Part shown: positions 21,001-30,772 of the stretch, in pieces | Position numbering within the stretch: the stretch's first letter is position 1 | How the letters are laid out: each line of letters starts with the position of its first letter | Source of the DNA: an uncultured virus (IMG/VR IMGVR_UViG_3300020442_002637) | Taxonomy: Duplodnaviria; Heunggongvirae; Uroviricota; Caudoviricetes | DNA length: 64,000 nucleotides | Virus record (IMG/VR): IMGVR_UViG_3300020442_002637 | Direction: 5' to 3' (one strand) | Program-made: the position numbers and the translations under genes | Notes under the pieces: generated by a model | What the model was told of the DNA's origin: nothing | Database searches by the model: none | Seen by the model: the letters and a program-made list of their open reading frames with translations, nothing else

Positions 21001-24000
21001 TTCCTACAAAATACATTACTAAAGGATACACAAAAGATAGCGGATATGTTAATCCGCAGGACGTAGATTTTATTATTGGTTCTTACGAATCACTAATAGA
21101 TCTTGATGTAGATAAACTTTATAAAAATAATTATGTATGGGTAGGAAATGTAAATTTTGACTGGAGCGTGTATCAGTATACACAGATGCCTTACAATATT
21201 CAGGAACTTTTAAAAGAAGATACGGGATTTAGTATTAGAATAAACGGAACACCTAGTGATATCAACAAAGGTGATATATTAGGTTTAATAGATATTAAAA
21301 AAACTACTTTTGATCCAGAAGATTCTACCCAAGAAGCTACTTTTACAGCTATCAATACAAAAGGCTTTTTCAAAGTTAAAGAAGTCAGTCAAGATAAAAT
21401 TACTTTTGATACAGACACAAAAGTTGATGAAGATTTAACAGGACTTACTGGTACACTTACGTACTTCAAATCTGTTAGAGCTAAAGATCTTAACGAAGCA
21501 AATGATATTGCTCAAAGGGCGGCTAATAGAGGTTTTAAAATCTGGATAGACGACAACGGTACGGGCAGATGGACGGTACAAGAAAATACAGGAAAGTATG
21601 AAGAACAAATAGTAGTTTCTAACACCCAAACTATAGAAGATTCTACAAGTGGAGGTGCTTTTGCAACAGCAATAGCAGTTGATCTACGCAATGGTATAAT
21701 GGCAGTTGGTTCACCTGAAAATGAAGACGGAAAAGTTTTTGTGTATACAAGAGCATCAGAAAGTTTAAATTGGCAACTGCAACAAGTCTTGGATGCACCT
21801 ATTAACATTGCAGGACCCGGACAAGGGTTTGGTTCAAGTATTGATATTTCAAGTGATAATAAATGGTTAATGGTAGGAGCACCTAACGCATCATTTGCAA
21901 AAACAAATTTTCAAGGAAATTATGATGCGACACAAAATTATATTACAGGTAATATTGTAGAATATCAAAATTCCAATTGGCAAGCTGTAAAAGATATAGA
22001 AGGAAGTCAGCCAAATATTCTGTTTAACAGTTTTGGCAACTACAATCAAATATTATACAATCTCAATCTTGACGAAGAAAATTCAGAACAAGTTCCTTTG
22101 TTACTTGCAGGTAATTATCCTTTTACTAACACCACAGCAGATCACTTTTTAGTTAGAGCTCCTAGAGCAACATATCTTGGAATAGATTTAGAAGATGAAG
22201 TAAAGTTACAATGGAATAAAAGAACAAATGCAAATCAGCAACAGGTTACTTTGTCTGACAGAGATCCATTTGACGGAACTATACCGTACATTACAAAGGA
22301 ATTTTTAGAAACTGATCATACTGTATCAAAGAAAGTAGATTTAATTTTTTACATAGATCAAACAACTAATATTCCTAATATAGGTGAAACTGTTACAACA
22401 TTAGGTGCCACAGCTAAGGTAATTTATACTTTTGCTGTTGGCGGTTCAACTACCATTTATTGTAATGAACAGAACGGTGTTTTTCCAGCTTCAAATAGTT
22501 TGTTTATAGCTGGTAATGATTTCGTTGGTGAATATACTATAGCCGGACCTAATGACACCACAAACACAGCTTCAGAATTGGGCGGATATCTATTCATTCA
22601 AACATCACCATACAGTGTTGGCACCACGAACAGCGACTCTGGTAGAGGGCTGGTTATCAAAGATGTTGTAACAGACAGCACCAATACAGGAAGATATTAT
22701 TATAATATTTTAGATATTGAAACAGCTACAATTGACAGTTTAAACACACAACACAGTTTGGTCAGAACCTTAACACACAGAGGAGCACCAGGACCTGGAG
22801 GCACAGATCAACCCACACTTGATTCAAGATTTGTAATGAGAGCTCCTAAAGCATTAACTGACACTATCCAAATAGGAGATAGTGTAGATGTCTACTTTAA
22901 TAATCTTAAGAAAACAGTATATACTTTAGTTGTTGATAGTCCTACCTCGGTTGTACAAGGAGAGATTCTAACACAAAATAATTCAAATGCAACTGCAACT
23001 GTTTTTGCAAATGCTACAAATACTACTACAATACAAGTTACAAATATTACAGGTACATGGGACACAGTAGATTTAATAGTTGGATCACAAAGCGGACCTC
23101 TCGTTAGACGACCAACTGTGATTCCTAACACAAATGTTTTAGTGCAACCTAGTGATATCGGACTTACATATGAAAATGTTAACAAAACACAAACTTTGGT
23201 TGACAAATGGGATGGGTATATCGAATACGTAAACTTATTTTTCTTAAACGGAGAATTATTTGAACCAGTGGTAGGGCAGACTGTACGTGATGTCACTACT
23301 GGTGCAACAGCTGAAGTAGCGTACTATCAAAGAAATTTAAACAGGATAGTAATTTTTGTTAAAAATATATCAGGCAGTTGGAGCAGAGGTGATTTGTTTG
23401 GTGACAATGCTGAAATAGAAATGTTGGCATATGGTCCAGGACCTGACCCTGATGCTTTTGGTAGAACTGGTATCTACAGTGTTGATAGAAAATTAGGACA
23501 AATACAACAAGTTTCTCTAGGTTATAGCCCGGCAGACATAGGAAAGTTATTAGTGTTTGATACAGGATCAAACATTCCTACTCTTGTTCCTTCAAACATA
23601 ACCAATTTACCACCTGGAAACCAGTATGATCAAATTATAGGTGGAGAATATTGGTTATATAAACAAGGACAAGTCGCTGGTATTCCAAGATTAGCTAATA
23701 TTCCAGGAAGCAGTAATGCAGATTGGTCAGAAGTATTTGTAATCAACACAACACCTAACGGTACAGCAAGTTCATTTGCTAACGAAGGTATTGTATATGC
23801 ATATCAAAGATTTGGCGGGAATTATCAATTTGATAGCGGAATTGTATCTTCAAACAGACGAGATAATCATAGATTTGGTAGCAAGGTAAGGATAGGTTTA
23901 CAAAATAATTTGTACAGAGGATTTATTTCTGCTTTAGATGATGAAACTACATCAAATCCTGGTAGGATATATTTTATTAAAAATGGTACAGAGAACAATA

Positions 24001-27000
24001 ACATTTATTCTTGGGAATATGCTAAAAATAAAAAGTTCAAAGGAACATATGATGAATCTTTATCATATGTAGAAAATGATATTGTTTATCTAGGTGGCAA
24101 ATTGTTCACTGCAACAACTAATTTATTACCTGGCGCATTTAATCCAGAATTTTGGACATCTACTGATGATTTAATTGATTATGTAGGATATGTTCCAAAT
24201 GATACTGGATTAAAAGTAGTAAATGATAGTTCATTAGATAGCGTAATTGATCAAAATGGATTATATGATTTTGGCACTGATTATGATGTAAGTGCAGACG
24301 GACAAGTGTTAATAACTTCTGTAAAGTACGAAACAAAGCCAAATGTAGTTGCAATATATAGAAATAACAGAGGTTATTTTGGTTGGAGCCAAGATATAGA
24401 AGCACCTACTACAGGATCGGATTTTGGTAAAAGTGTTAGGATTAGTAATGACGGTACATTGATTGTGATATCAGCTCCAACTGATGACACAGTTAAAAAT
24501 GATCAAGGCAGAGTTTTTGTATACAAACAAATTAATGGAAGATTCGAACAGGTACAAATTTTACAAAGTCCACAAAATGAATCAGCAGAAATGTTTGGAT
24601 TTAGAATTGAATTTGATGGAGAAACTTTAGCAGTAAATTCTAAAAATGCAGATAACTTTAATCAGACTACATTTGATAAATCTGTTACTACATTTGACAA
24701 TAAATTCACAAACTTTAGGTATGAAACTGAAGAAGGCGGAACAGTATATGTATACCAAAATGTAAATGATAGATTGTTGTATGGAGATAGCTTAAGATAC
24801 GAGACACCGTTTAGTAATGTAAATTACTTTGGACGAAATTTAGCATTGGCGGGCAATCACATATATGTTGGTCTACCTACAGTAAAAAGTGAACAAAATT
24901 ATACAGGAACGCTTGTAGATTTTAGATTACCAGGAAAATTATTTACAGACCTGAGATTGGCCAAGCCTGTAGTAGATGTTAATAAAATAAAAAGAATTAT
25001 TCTTTACAATACAAAGACAAATAAATTAGTCAAATATTTGGATTATATTGATCCTATACAAGGAAAAATATTCGGAGTTGCTGAAGAAAATTTAAGTTAT
25101 AAATTATATTATGATCCAGCCACCTATACAACAAGCACTGTCACAGGACTTAATGTAAATCAAACTAATTCTTGGGATAAAAACCAAGTAGGAGAGCTAT
25201 GGTGGGATTTAACAAATGCTAAATTTTATTATCCATATTTAGATGATGTTACATTCTCTACAAATAATTGGAATAAAGTATTTGATACAAACAGTATAGA
25301 TATTTATGAATGGGTAGAATCTGAATACACACCTAGTCAATGGGATAGTCTTACTGATACTGATGAAGGAATTTCACAGGGTATTTCAGGAACTAGTAAA
25401 CATGGCGATAATGCTTATGTACAGAAAAAAGATTTTGACGAAATATCTCAAAGGTTTACTAACAAATATTATTTTTGGGTAAAGAATAAAAAAATTATTC
25501 CAAATGTAGAAGGAAGGTCATTAAAAGCTTCTGATGTAGCTGATGCTATTTCAGACCCAGCTGGTAAAGGATATCAATTTGTAGGATTATTTTCTGATAA
25601 TAGTTTTGCAATTTATAATTGTAGAAGTTTACTTGAAAATAAAGATATTGCAATTAGTATCCAATACTGGACTATAGATAACCAAAATCAAAACATACAT
25701 AATCAGTATCAGATTATCACTGATGGATTAGCAACAAGTAAACCTAACAGAGATATAGAAAATAAATGGATAGACAGTTTAGTAGGCTATGATGCATATG
25801 GGAAGTTAGTGCCAGATCCTACATTAGGTGAAAAAGAAAAATATGGAATTCAAAATAAACCAAGACAAAGTTGGTTCAAAAATAGAGCCGAAGCTCTAAA
25901 ACAGTACATTGAAAGAGTAAACAATGTATTGAAACAACAGTTAATTGTTGATAGTAAAAATTTAACAAACATTACACAGCAAGAACCGGCTCCATCATCT
26001 GTAACAAGAGTATATGACACAACTGTTGATACTAAAGCAGAACTAGATCTTTTAGGAATTGCAAACTTTAGACAAGCAAAAATTGAACTTTCTATTGTAG
26101 ACGGAGTTGTTGTTGATGCAATTTTATTAGATCCTGGTAGAGGATATCTAGTAGCTCCTACATATACAGTATCAGGTACTGGCACAGGGTTGGAATTAGA
26201 GTTTGCTATTAATAATCTTGGCGTTATTACAAATGTAAACATTGTGAATGGCGGACAAAATTATAAAGATAACACTACTATTGAAATTAGAAAATTTAGT
26301 GTGTTGGTAAACAATGATGAAACCATTCAAGGTAAATGGTCAATTTATGAAAGACTGACAGGCACTAATTCATGGTCAAGAATTAGAAGTCAGGCTTATA
26401 ATACAAATTTATATTGGGAATACATTGATTGGTATGATATAGGTTACAGCAGTTTCACAGAAATAAATCATTTGATTGATTTCAGCTATCAATTAGATGG
26501 GTTAGACGATGGAATAGGAGAAATAGTTAAAATTAGTAATGTAGGTACCGGAGGCTGGTTGTTGCTGGAAAAGATAGATGACCAGACAGGTGTAGATTAT
26601 ACAGTAAACTATAAAACAATAGGTAGACAAAACGGAACTATAAAATTTAAATCAACTTTATATGATACAGATGGATCTGCAGATGGATTTGATATTATTT
26701 CTTTTGATACTAAGTTTTTTGACAGCCTTCCTACTTCAGAAACTAGAATTGTTTTAAATGCAATAAAAAATGATATTTTTGTAAATGATTTAGCGATAGA
26801 ATACAACAAATTGTTTTTTGCAAGTATAAGATATGTACTATCTGAACAGAGTTATGTTGATTGGGTATTCAAAACTAGCTTTATAAAAGCAAAGCACAAT
26901 GTAGGTGAACTTAGAGAAGATATTACTTTTAATAATGATAATTTACCTAGCTATCAAAGCTACATTGACGAAGTAAAACCATTTAAAACAAAATTAAGAG

Positions 27001-30000
27001 AATATGTAAGTAGCTATGAAAAAGTAGATAACAGTCAAAGTAGGATAAGTGACTTTGATTTACCTCCTTCTTACAACGAAGATACAAAGAATATAGAACC
27101 TTTACCTGTAAAAATACAAAACGCAAAACTTACAGGTACAGGAAGTATTGGAGCATATCCGGAAAAAAGTTGGTTAGACAATGTGGGCTTTATCGTTAAA
27201 GAAATTCAGATAGCTGATTCAGGCTCTGGATATCAAGGACCTCCTAAGATAACATTATCTGGAGGTGGCGGATCAGGTGCTACAGCTATTACAAAAGTAG
27301 GTACTGGGGGGAAAATTACAGCAGTTGAAGTTACTAACAGCGGAAGTGGATACTTAGAAGCACCAACTATTACTATTGATGGGTCTGTAGCACAAGGAGG
27401 CACTCCTGCAAAATTAAGTGTGATTATCGGTCAATCGTTACCTAGAAATATTTACACAAAAGTTAAGTTTGATCGTACAACTGGACTTTACCTAATTACA
27501 AACTTATCTGATAGTAAAAACTTTGTAGGTACAGGATCAAAATATAATTTTGATTTAGACTGGCCAATGGATATGAAAACAACAAATGTGTCTGTAACAG
27601 TAAGCGGCCAAGAATTACTAAGAAGTCAGTTTTCATATTCTAACTTTAAAGATAATACAAAAGGCTATGATAGATATTTTGGCAGAATAACTCTTACAGA
27701 ACCACCTGCTGTATCAACAGCGGTTGTTGTAACATATTTGAAAGATATAGATTTACTACAAGCACAAGATCGTATCAATCTAGCATACAATCCTGTAACT
27801 GGACAATATTCAAAAGATCTTGGACAATTAATGGATGGTATTGATTATGGAGGCGTAGAAGTTAAAAGTTTTGATTTTGGCGGACCAAGTGGATGGGATA
27901 CTGCTCCATATTACACAGGTGCATATGATACTTATGATACTAGTTTTGAAGATGAAGTTATTAAGTTAGACGGTAGTACAATTACTTTACAATTATCTAA
28001 AGCATTGGAAAATGGTGCTGTATATAATGTTTACAAAAATGGAGTAAGATTAGACGACCCTGATTGGACAGATGATTCTACACAGTTTACAAATCCTAAT
28101 GCAATTATGCGTAGTATAATTGGTGATGGCACAACGACTACTGTAGAATTACAAGAATTAGGAATCATAACACAAGCCGATGATATCATTATTGTTAGAA
28201 AAACAACTAGCGATGGCAGTTTCTTACCAACCGATATAAATTATGATACTTTATTAACTGGTGGAGATTTAGCATACACTTCTGCACAAGGATTAAACAG
28301 CGAAGAAATAAATGTAGATGGTGACGGATTTGTAACACCTACCACTTCAAAAGGACCTGAAGAACTTATTCCTGGACAAGTACAAGATAGTGTTGATATT
28401 ACAGTATATGAAAGACCAACTACTGGAGCAAGTAATATTGTAAGTAGAAATTACATTGGAAACGGATCTACTACAATTTATGATATTGGAACACAACCTA
28501 TATCAGATAAATCACTATTTGTTAAAGTAGACGGAGAGATAAAAACATTAACAACAGATTATACTATTGATTATGGCACAAGTACTTTAACTTTTGTATC
28601 TGCCCCTGGCATTGGTGCAAAAATAAACTTGTCTACTTTAGAATATAGTGGAGCCAACATTTTAGATATAGATGAATTTATAGCAGATGGGTCAACAGTA
28701 AACTATCTAACTAATATAAGATGGAATGAAAATGTATCTACAATTATTTCTGTAGACGGAAAACTTGTACCTAATGATATAGTTGAATCTACAAAAGCTG
28801 ATGTTGCACCTAATAATATTATGATAAAATTTGCAACACCACCAAAGCAAGACAGCATAATACGCTATGCTGTATTCCAAGGAGAAGTTCAAAATTACAG
28901 TGCAGTCACTATAGACGAATTTGAAGCAGATGGTTCTACATCATATTACACATTAACACAAACACCTTTTACCCAAACACCAGCAGAATGGTACACTATA
29001 GTAAGACTTAATGATAAAATTTTAAATGCAGGTTATAATGAAGTATTTGATGTTACAGCTACACGAGAATACAGATTAAAACTTTATCAAGTACCGTTAG
29101 CTTCTCTAAACAACGAGCAAATCAGAGTATATCTCAACAATCAAGAATTAGAGTTTATTACACAATGGACATTTAGTTCAGCTGAAGCGTTTGATCCTTC
29201 ATTACCTTTATCTCAACAAAGCGGAAGTGCAATTTTGTTAGCTGATGATGTTGGTGTTGCAGGTGATAAGTTAAGAGTGTTTGTAAATGGTTGGGATGAT
29301 AGTACATTATCTGGAGGTGATTATAGATACGGTTATTTTGATGTAAACGGAAATTTTGTGAAAAAACCTGGAGAATTATATATTAATACAAATTATCAAA
29401 TAGGTGATAAAATTACTGTATGGCAATTTAGTAATCACGATAGTCAAGGTTTAGATAGACAAAGTTATGACATTGTTGAAAGGACTGAATTACTACCTGG
29501 ATTTAAAGAAGGCACACAAACATTTCAATTAGATGGAAGTACAGACCAAATTGATTTACCTGAGCCTTTACTTGCCGGAGAAAGGTATGCAATTTTCTTA
29601 AACAATGTTAGAATTGATGATCCTAATTTTGGTACAGGACTACCTGTATCTAATACAGATGCATATGTACAAACAATAGTTGGTACAGGTCAAACAAGTT
29701 TAGGATTAGATGACTTAGGTATTGTAACTTTTCCAGAAGATATTCTGAGGATTGAACAACTTAATGCAGAAATTATTCCAGATGCAAGTACTCCTGGGTG
29801 GTATGAACTTAGACAACTTAGAGCAGGTATAGTGCCTTTGAGATATCCTGCTGTTGATGATCAATATGTTTGGGTAATTGTAAACGGTAAAATTTTAAAT
29901 CCGTCTGTTGATTACGTTGTAACTTCAGACAAAATGAATGTAAAACTTTTGCAAGGTTTGAATGAAAATGATAATGTAGAAACAATACATTATGCTAATA

Positions 30001-30752
30001 ATTTGCTAAGAAACAAATTTGGTTGGAGACAGTTCAAAGATATATTGAACAGGAACCATTATAAAGTATTAGACGGTACAAAAAATATTAGATTATTACA
30101 AAATTTAAATTGGTATGACAGAGAGATTTACGTAGAAAATGGCGAAACATTGCCTGCTCCGTTGCCTGACAGTAAAAATCCTGGAGTTATTTTTATTGAA
30201 GGAGAACGTATAGAATACTTGAAAAAAGACGGACAATATCTCAAGAATTTAAGAAGAGGAACTTTAGGTACTGGAGTAAAAAATGTTTACAGTGAAGGTA
30301 CAGAAGTTTATGATCAAAATGCGGCAAAGAGTTTGCCATATAAAGATGAAACTTTAACAACCTTATTTACAGCAGATGGTACAACAAAAACATATGAATT
30401 AGATTTTACGCCAACAAGTGTTAATGAATTTGAAGTTTTTGTTGCAGGAAGACGCTTACGCAAAAATACTTTACAATCTTACCAGTTAGATACTAATTTA
30501 AGGACAACATATGGCACAAATACTGATTTGATAGCACAAGATTCACCAGAAGGTGATATAACATTACCAGCAGAGTTTAGTTTACAAAACGGTAATGAGT
30601 TGGTTTTACTTGATTTACCATTAGAAAATCAGAAAATTATAGTTATAAGGAGACAAGGAAAGATTTGGAATGATACAGGAAAGACACTAAGCAATAGCGA
30701 TACCGATATTGCTAGATTCTTGCGATCTACCAAGGTTGACTTACCAAGATAA
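15009..30752 (+). CDS. Giant virion structural protein (5247 aa), gp7-position baseplate/adhesin
   Basis: Uninterrupted 15.7-kb ORF after gp6; FG-GAP-like propeller repeats (FGSSIDISSDNKWLMVGAP), CBM5/12-like motifs, GSGYxxAPTITI and FxADGSTxxY repeats. Confidence 0.85.
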   Translation: MAFENNQKEPALPGGDKNYKRRSANHLPKYFRTEFNNKFLNATLDQMLQPGVAEKINAYYGRKVSKAFNQSDNYVGDFTTERENYQLEPVSVIKDNLGNVNFYADYNDFINKTKIVGGSTEDHSVLNSQETYAWNPHIDWDKFVNFREYYWLPTGPTTTTVIGQTKEVQSEYTVRLSDNVDNVTYLFTPDGLTNNPTITLYRGQTYRFDIDTPSYAFAFATQRSFTPGQEVGDSLSNVSLIYDTGVKKYDEDGAETDDVYLDKGTIEFTVPDTAPDQLYYISKTDPNVSGFIKVFDIEENTEINVEAEILGKKNYTTSAGWALSNGMKLNFAGQVTPTKYATGEWYVEGVGEEIQLVSQEDLNVSGLFTEDIEVEFDKQEFDYYPFSEALGFPQNKDYIVINRGSQDGNLWSRYNRWFHKSVIEKSAELNGQSIAIDQNSRASRPIIEFEKGLKLFQFGTKTKTNIDLIDTFTIDAFSTIEGSLGYNIDGVNLTNGMRVLFTADTDLLVKGKIYTVKFITVNNRTQISLVETTDSTPQLNETVLVTAGNANRGKYFYYDGTTWKQAQNKNSVNQQPLFDMYDDNDVNYLDSTTYESSQFIGNKVFSYNRSNGVNDTELGFPLEYRSIENSGDILFTFDLLQGSFVYTKDNTLVSEGTDKGFLRKYKDRTNYTLTNGWQKADKDSTQNVIRQYVHDGSARYEIDMYDDKSFIDTAWLRVYVNNKIKKITTDFVIEKDVNNHSYIKFNNDLTDGDIIVIKCRSRFPKNKNGYYEIASNLERNPINSNVNQFTLGEVNDHVASIVEEANEFVGQFPGTSNMRDIGNLTRLGKKYLKHSAPLNFPLFHFLDESSNVIKALEFARKEYGKFKRLFVEVATNLGYEGDVKIHFDKIMQEINKDKISHMPFYFSDMVATGGNVVNTFEIEDTDEKFFPLSAIYDINTPSNKSVQIYLNGLQLIYGKDYTFNTEGFAVITATKQIGDKILIYEYDNTNGSYVPPTPTKLGLYPKFEPDFYIDDTVKTAKAPDIPTGPYKVYGVAGPDQMGSGKLGWFYPLYTTITEAQTRDTELGGSGQAHAHTFKGLNRTFFMPNSVANHGVQDDETIEEWTEGVPVIQGHDGSKITAYKDYRDNLILELEKRIYNNLKVSYDVSLFDINDFAPGLDRKTGLSKTQIDNAMIADFLAWLRLVNEEYTKQAYYDRENSFTFNYGQTTYLNTELLPGWWRQAFMYAYDTDRPHTHPWEMLGISVKPTWWETQYGPGPYTRNNLPLWQDLSAGIVRQPNFKVDKKYVRPNLLNTIPVDENGNLLSPNDCGLSQNFNIGTTRNSFKFGDGAPVETAWRRSSEYPFSLLRALTANKPCKTFATAFDRIRQKRNSANQIIYSTSGKQIELSQLVFPTVLSDTAQTFTSGLINYIFDYQTSINNEQIAIYKDRVKNITNQIGFKIGGFTDKNKFKLLLDSRTPLNEGNVFVPEENYKIFLNSSFPQQEVSYSGVIVEKRPEGYYIKGYDNQNPKFNYYPTSERSNDPLINVGGVSEAYVDWSSGKVYVVGTIVKNSNSFYRATKTHTSGASFEEENFSKLPSLPLIGGRDAFVRQNFENRLTQLNYGSLLPTIQDVVDFLLGYEKYLNEVGFTFSEFRTDSYEVSNWLTSAKEFMFWTTQNWGSGSIITLSPAADKINFTSNYSTVDNVYNTFYGYSILKADGKKLDKENLKFAKDSDNNFSCRTINTADGIYAIKLPLVSKEHVVLIDNVTVFGDVIYDIAPGYRQERIKVLGYRTDEWNGSLNIPGFIYDDAQVTEWTTWTDYAIGSIVKYKEFYYSAKNKIAGTATFNDDQWVRLQDKPQAGLFANFDYKINQFADFYDLDSDNFDTEQQKLAQHLIGYQKRKYLENIINDDVSQYKFYQGFIQDKGSKNALTKLFDALASANQDSLEFYEEWAIKDGQYGASTGFDEVEYKLDEKQFKLTPQPILLTNQISGTETDLIYRIPEYETYLKPQGYNHRPFPTKYITKGYTKDSGYVNPQDVDFIIGSYESLIDLDVDKLYKNNYVWVGNVNFDWSVYQYTQMPYNIQELLKEDTGFSIRINGTPSDINKGDILGLIDIKKTTFDPEDSTQEATFTAINTKGFFKVKEVSQDKITFDTDTKVDEDLTGLTGTLTYFKSVRAKDLNEANDIAQRAANRGFKIWIDDNGTGRWTVQENTGKYEEQIVVSNTQTIEDSTSGGAFATAIAVDLRNGIMAVGSPENEDGKVFVYTRASESLNWQLQQVLDAPINIAGPGQGFGSSIDISSDNKWLMVGAPNASFAKTNFQGNYDATQNYITGNIVEYQNSNWQAVKDIEGSQPNILFNSFGNYNQILYNLNLDEENSEQVPLLLAGNYPFTNTTADHFLVRAPRATYLGIDLEDEVKLQWNKRTNANQQQVTLSDRDPFDGTIPYITKEFLETDHTVSKKVDLIFYIDQTTNIPNIGETVTTLGATAKVIYTFAVGGSTTIYCNEQNGVFPASNSLFIAGNDFVGEYTIAGPNDTTNTASELGGYLFIQTSPYSVGTTNSDSGRGLVIKDVVTDSTNTGRYYYNILDIETATIDSLNTQHSLVRTLTHRGAPGPGGTDQPTLDSRFVMRAPKALTDTIQIGDSVDVYFNNLKKTVYTLVVDSPTSVVQGEILTQNNSNATATVFANATNTTTIQVTNITGTWDTVDLIVGSQSGPLVRRPTVIPNTNVLVQPSDIGLTYENVNKTQTLVDKWDGYIEYVNLFFLNGELFEPVVGQTVRDVTTGATAEVAYYQRNLNRIVIFVKNISGSWSRGDLFGDNAEIEMLAYGPGPDPDAFGRTGIYSVDRKLGQIQQVSLGYSPADIGKLLVFDTGSNIPTLVPSNITNLPPGNQYDQIIGGEYWLYKQGQVAGIPRLANIPGSSNADWSEVFVINTTPNGTASSFANEGIVYAYQRFGGNYQFDSGIVSSNRRDNHRFGSKVRIGLQNNLYRGFISALDDETTSNPGRIYFIKNGTENNNIYSWEYAKNKKFKGTYDESLSYVENDIVYLGGKLFTATTNLLPGAFNPEFWTSTDDLIDYVGYVPNDTGLKVVNDSSLDSVIDQNGLYDFGTDYDVSADGQVLITSVKYETKPNVVAIYRNNRGYFGWSQDIEAPTTGSDFGKSVRISNDGTLIVISAPTDDTVKNDQGRVFVYKQINGRFEQVQILQSPQNESAEMFGFRIEFDGETLAVNSKNADNFNQTTFDKSVTTFDNKFTNFRYETEEGGTVYVYQNVNDRLLYGDSLRYETPFSNVNYFGRNLALAGNHIYVGLPTVKSEQNYTGTLVDFRLPGKLFTDLRLAKPVVDVNKIKRIILYNTKTNKLVKYLDYIDPIQGKIFGVAEENLSYKLYYDPATYTTSTVTGLNVNQTNSWDKNQVGELWWDLTNAKFYYPYLDDVTFSTNNWNKVFDTNSIDIYEWVESEYTPSQWDSLTDTDEGISQGISGTSKHGDNAYVQKKDFDEISQRFTNKYYFWVKNKKIIPNVEGRSLKASDVADAISDPAGKGYQFVGLFSDNSFAIYNCRSLLENKDIAISIQYWTIDNQNQNIHNQYQIITDGLATSKPNRDIENKWIDSLVGYDAYGKLVPDPTLGEKEKYGIQNKPRQSWFKNRAEALKQYIERVNNVLKQQLIVDSKNLTNITQQEPAPSSVTRVYDTTVDTKAELDLLGIANFRQAKIELSIVDGVVVDAILLDPGRGYLVAPTYTVSGTGTGLELEFAINNLGVITNVNIVNGGQNYKDNTTIEIRKFSVLVNNDETIQGKWSIYERLTGTNSWSRIRSQAYNTNLYWEYIDWYDIGYSSFTEINHLIDFSYQLDGLDDGIGEIVKISNVGTGGWLLLEKIDDQTGVDYTVNYKTIGRQNGTIKFKSTLYDTDGSADGFDIISFDTKFFDSLPTSETRIVLNAIKNDIFVNDLAIEYNKLFFASIRYVLSEQSYVDWVFKTSFIKAKHNVGELREDITFNNDNLPSYQSYIDEVKPFKTKLREYVSSYEKVDNSQSRISDFDLPPSYNEDTKNIEPLPVKIQNAKLTGTGSIGAYPEKSWLDNVGFIVKEIQIADSGSGYQGPPKITLSGGGGSGATAITKVGTGGKITAVEVTNSGSGYLEAPTITIDGSVAQGGTPAKLSVIIGQSLPRNIYTKVKFDRTTGLYLITNLSDSKNFVGTGSKYNFDLDWPMDMKTTNVSVTVSGQELLRSQFSYSNFKDNTKGYDRYFGRITLTEPPAVSTAVVVTYLKDIDLLQAQDRINLAYNPVTGQYSKDLGQLMDGIDYGGVEVKSFDFGGPSGWDTAPYYTGAYDTYDTSFEDEVIKLDGSTITLQLSKALENGAVYNVYKNGVRLDDPDWTDDSTQFTNPNAIMRSIIGDGTTTTVELQELGIITQADDIIIVRKTTSDGSFLPTDINYDTLLTGGDLAYTSAQGLNSEEINVDGDGFVTPTTSKGPEELIPGQVQDSVDITVYERPTTGASNIVSRNYIGNGSTTIYDIGTQPISDKSLFVKVDGEIKTLTTDYTIDYGTSTLTFVSAPGIGAKINLSTLEYSGANILDIDEFIADGSTVNYLTNIRWNENVSTIISVDGKLVPNDIVESTKADVAPNNIMIKFATPPKQDSIIRYAVFQGEVQNYSAVTIDEFEADGSTSYYTLTQTPFTQTPAEWYTIVRLNDKILNAGYNEVFDVTATREYRLKLYQVPLASLNNEQIRVYLNNQELEFITQWTFSSAEAFDPSLPLSQQSGSAILLADDVGVAGDKLRVFVNGWDDSTLSGGDYRYGYFDVNGNFVKKPGELYINTNYQIGDKITVWQFSNHDSQGLDRQSYDIVERTELLPGFKEGTQTFQLDGSTDQIDLPEPLLAGERYAIFLNNVRIDDPNFGTGLPVSNTDAYVQTIVGTGQTSLGLDDLGIVTFPEDILRIEQLNAEIIPDASTPGWYELRQLRAGIVPLRYPAVDDQYVWVIVNGKILNPSVDYVVTSDKMNVKLLQGLNENDNVETIHYANNLLRNKFGWRQFKDILNRNHYKVLDGTKNIRLLQNLNWYDREIYVENGETLPAPLPDSKNPGVIFIEGERIEYLKKDGQYLKNLRRGTLGTGVKNVYSEGTEVYDQNAAKSLPYKDETLTTLFTADGTTKTYELDFTPTSVNEFEVFVAGRRLRKNTLQSYQLDTNLRTTYGTNTDLIAQDSPEGDITLPAEFSLQNGNELVLLDLPLENQKIIVIRRQGKIWNDTGKTLSNSDTDIARFLRSTKVDLPR

Positions 30753-30755
30753 ATA
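30748..30755 (+). promoter_or_regulatory. Late promoter motif GATAAATA overlapping the giant gene's stop codon
   Basis: AGATAAATAAC upstream of ATG 30773. Confidence 0.65.
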
Positions 30756-30772
30756 ACACAGTAGGATGACAA

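Noticed and set aside
15009..30752. Intein, intron or stop-codon reassignment as the cause of the giant ORF
   Set aside because: No intein splice or homing-endonuclease motif was recognised, and genes across the window tile tightly under the standard code
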